Origin: a phage
Reading direction: 5' to 3' (one strand)
Sequence record: BH153124.1
DNA: 362 bases
Under the pieces are notes generated by a model that did no database searches, had not been told where the DNA came from, and was given only the letters and a program-made list of their open reading frames with translations. Every line of letters begins with the position of its first letter. Position 1 is the stretch's first letter. The translations under genes were made by a program, and so were the position numbers. This document shows, piece after piece, positions 1 to 362 of this stretch.

Positions 1-55
1 GGATGCATTGGTCCCGCTCAAGTCTCAAGTGTACGTCTGGACAAGTCGCCTGATG
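1..55 (+). CDS. Putative 3' end of a protein-coding exon (partial, runs off the 5' edge), ending at a consensus splice donor
   Basis: About 55% GC (30/55) against about 36% in the adjacent core. Two + frames are stop-free across 1-55 (frame 1: GCIGPAQVSSVRLDKSPD.., frame 2: DALVPLKSQVYVWTSRLM); frame 3 has TGA at 51-53. The segment ends ..ATG|GTAAGT, a perfect intron +1..+6 donor. No protein family recognised from these short translations. Confidence 0.3.
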
Positions 56-314
56 GTAAGTTAATGGCCTTGCTATTCTCTAAACTTGCCAGTACCTTTG
101 TTCTGGAAGTAACATTTAGAGAGATCTTCTTATTAGTGTCGTGTTTCCTCTACCGATTGTTTAGAATACCAATCATAAAGGAAGAGGAACAAAGGCCAAC
201 CATTAGCAACCTTAATGCAGTTATTCAAAAATTCCTTATTTCGTTTAATTAATTTTCTTTTCACGCTGCCCCCATTGGTTTGATAGTAACAGGAATCTAA
301 AAGACCTTTGTTAG
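56..314 (+). other. Putative spliceosomal intron (GT..AG); 5' end well defined, 3' end uncertain (candidate acceptor AGs at 291-292, 302-303, 313-314, 317-318, 335-336)
   Basis: GTAAGT at 56-61 sits exactly at the GC drop (92/259 = about 36% GC; T 91 vs A 76 on the + strand). Frame 2 hits TAA at 62-64 immediately after the donor. A pyrimidine-rich tract lies at about 253-273 (ttttcttttcacgctgccccc). TAGTAAC at 284-290 resembles the branch-point consensus TACTAAC with one mismatch and is 24 nt upstream of the AG at 313-314 (tttgttAG). GC content rises again from about 315. Confidence 0.4.
64..252 (+). CDS. Alternative model (mutually exclusive with the intron model): 62-aa hypothetical small protein ORF; the same frame is open back to position 1, so a real CDS could begin upstream of the window
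   Basis: ATG at 64-66 to TAA at 250-252. There is no convincing Shine-Dalgarno motif at the proper spacing upstream of the ATG. GC3 is about 40% (25/62), only slightly above bulk GC. The ORF lies wholly in the AT-rich core and begins 8 nt after a consensus splice donor. No recognisable domain; the hydrophobic stretch IFLLVSCFLYRLF is too short to call a transmembrane helix. Confidence 0.12.
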   Translation: MALLFSKLASTFVLEVTFREIFLLVSCFLYRLFRIPIIKEEEQRPTISNLNAVIQKFLISFN

Positions 315-362
315 CCAGTTCGCGGCAAGTTTTCAGATCTCGCCGATCTTTTCACCGTTCGC
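315..362 (+). CDS. Putative 5' part of the downstream exon (partial, runs off the 3' edge); exact start depends on which acceptor is used
   Basis: About 54% GC (26/48). All three + frames are stop-free over 315-362 (PVRGKFSDLADLFTVR / QFAASFQISPIFSPF / SSRQVFRSRRSFHRS), while all three - strand frames contain a stop within this segment. Joining 55 to 315 keeps an open frame in either phase 0 or phase 1. Too short to assign a product. Confidence 0.25.

Noticed and set aside
140-170. Possible bacterial sigma70-type promoter with a -10-like TAGAAT at 162-167
   Set aside because: There is no acceptable -35 hexamer at 16-19 nt spacing upstream (the candidates are tcgtgt or gtcgtg). AT-rich sequence yields such hexamers by chance, and the region is better explained as intron interior.
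245-252. Palindrome TTAATTAA, and the duplicated AGATCT at 122-127 and 335-340
   Set aside because: These are short, restriction-site-sized palindromes expected by chance in AT-rich DNA. They have no flanking direct repeats or partner half-sites that would suggest an operator, inverted terminal repeat, or recombination site.
253-300. Rho-independent terminator downstream of the 64-252 ORF (T-rich run at 253-261)
   Set aside because: The T-run is not preceded by a GC-rich stem-loop. The pyrimidine-rich stretch is better read as a polypyrimidine tract ahead of a 3' splice site.
1-362. Gene or intron on the minus strand (the reverse complement of the donor region reads ..ttaacttaccatCAG|G, which is acceptor-like)
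   Set aside because: The minus strand has stops in all three frames within 315-362 and in two of three frames within 1-55. It also lacks any good GTRAGT donor at the opposite boundary (only GTGAAA or GTCTTT). The + strand model fits much better.
1-362. CRISPR array, tandem repeats, tRNA/rRNA, or mobile-element termini
   Set aside because: There are no direct repeats of 20 nt or more with regular spacing, no cloverleaf-compatible stem pattern, and no terminal inverted repeats. Nothing in the sequence supports these.

Overview
This 362-nt window has three compositional parts: GC-richer flanks (1-55, about 55% GC; 315-362, about 54% GC) around an AT-rich, slightly T-biased core (56-314, about 36% GC). 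The 5' boundary coincides exactly with a perfect splice-donor motif (G|GTAAGT at 55/56), and the 3' boundary carries several acceptor-like (Y)nAG motifs preceded by a pyrimidine-rich tract and a branch-point-like TAGTAAC. My preferred reading is therefore a eukaryotic exon - intron - exon fragment on the + strand, with both exons truncated by the window edges. I cannot identify the gene or organism from sequence alone. The supplied 62-aa ORF (64-252) lies entirely inside the putative intron; I keep it only as a low-confidence alternative (a small AT-rich ORF, for example in a prokaryotic or horizontally acquired context). I see no CRISPR array, tRNA/rRNA, mobile-element termini, or evidence for a multi-gene system, and the window is too short to support any such claim. 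All calls are provisional without homology or expression data.
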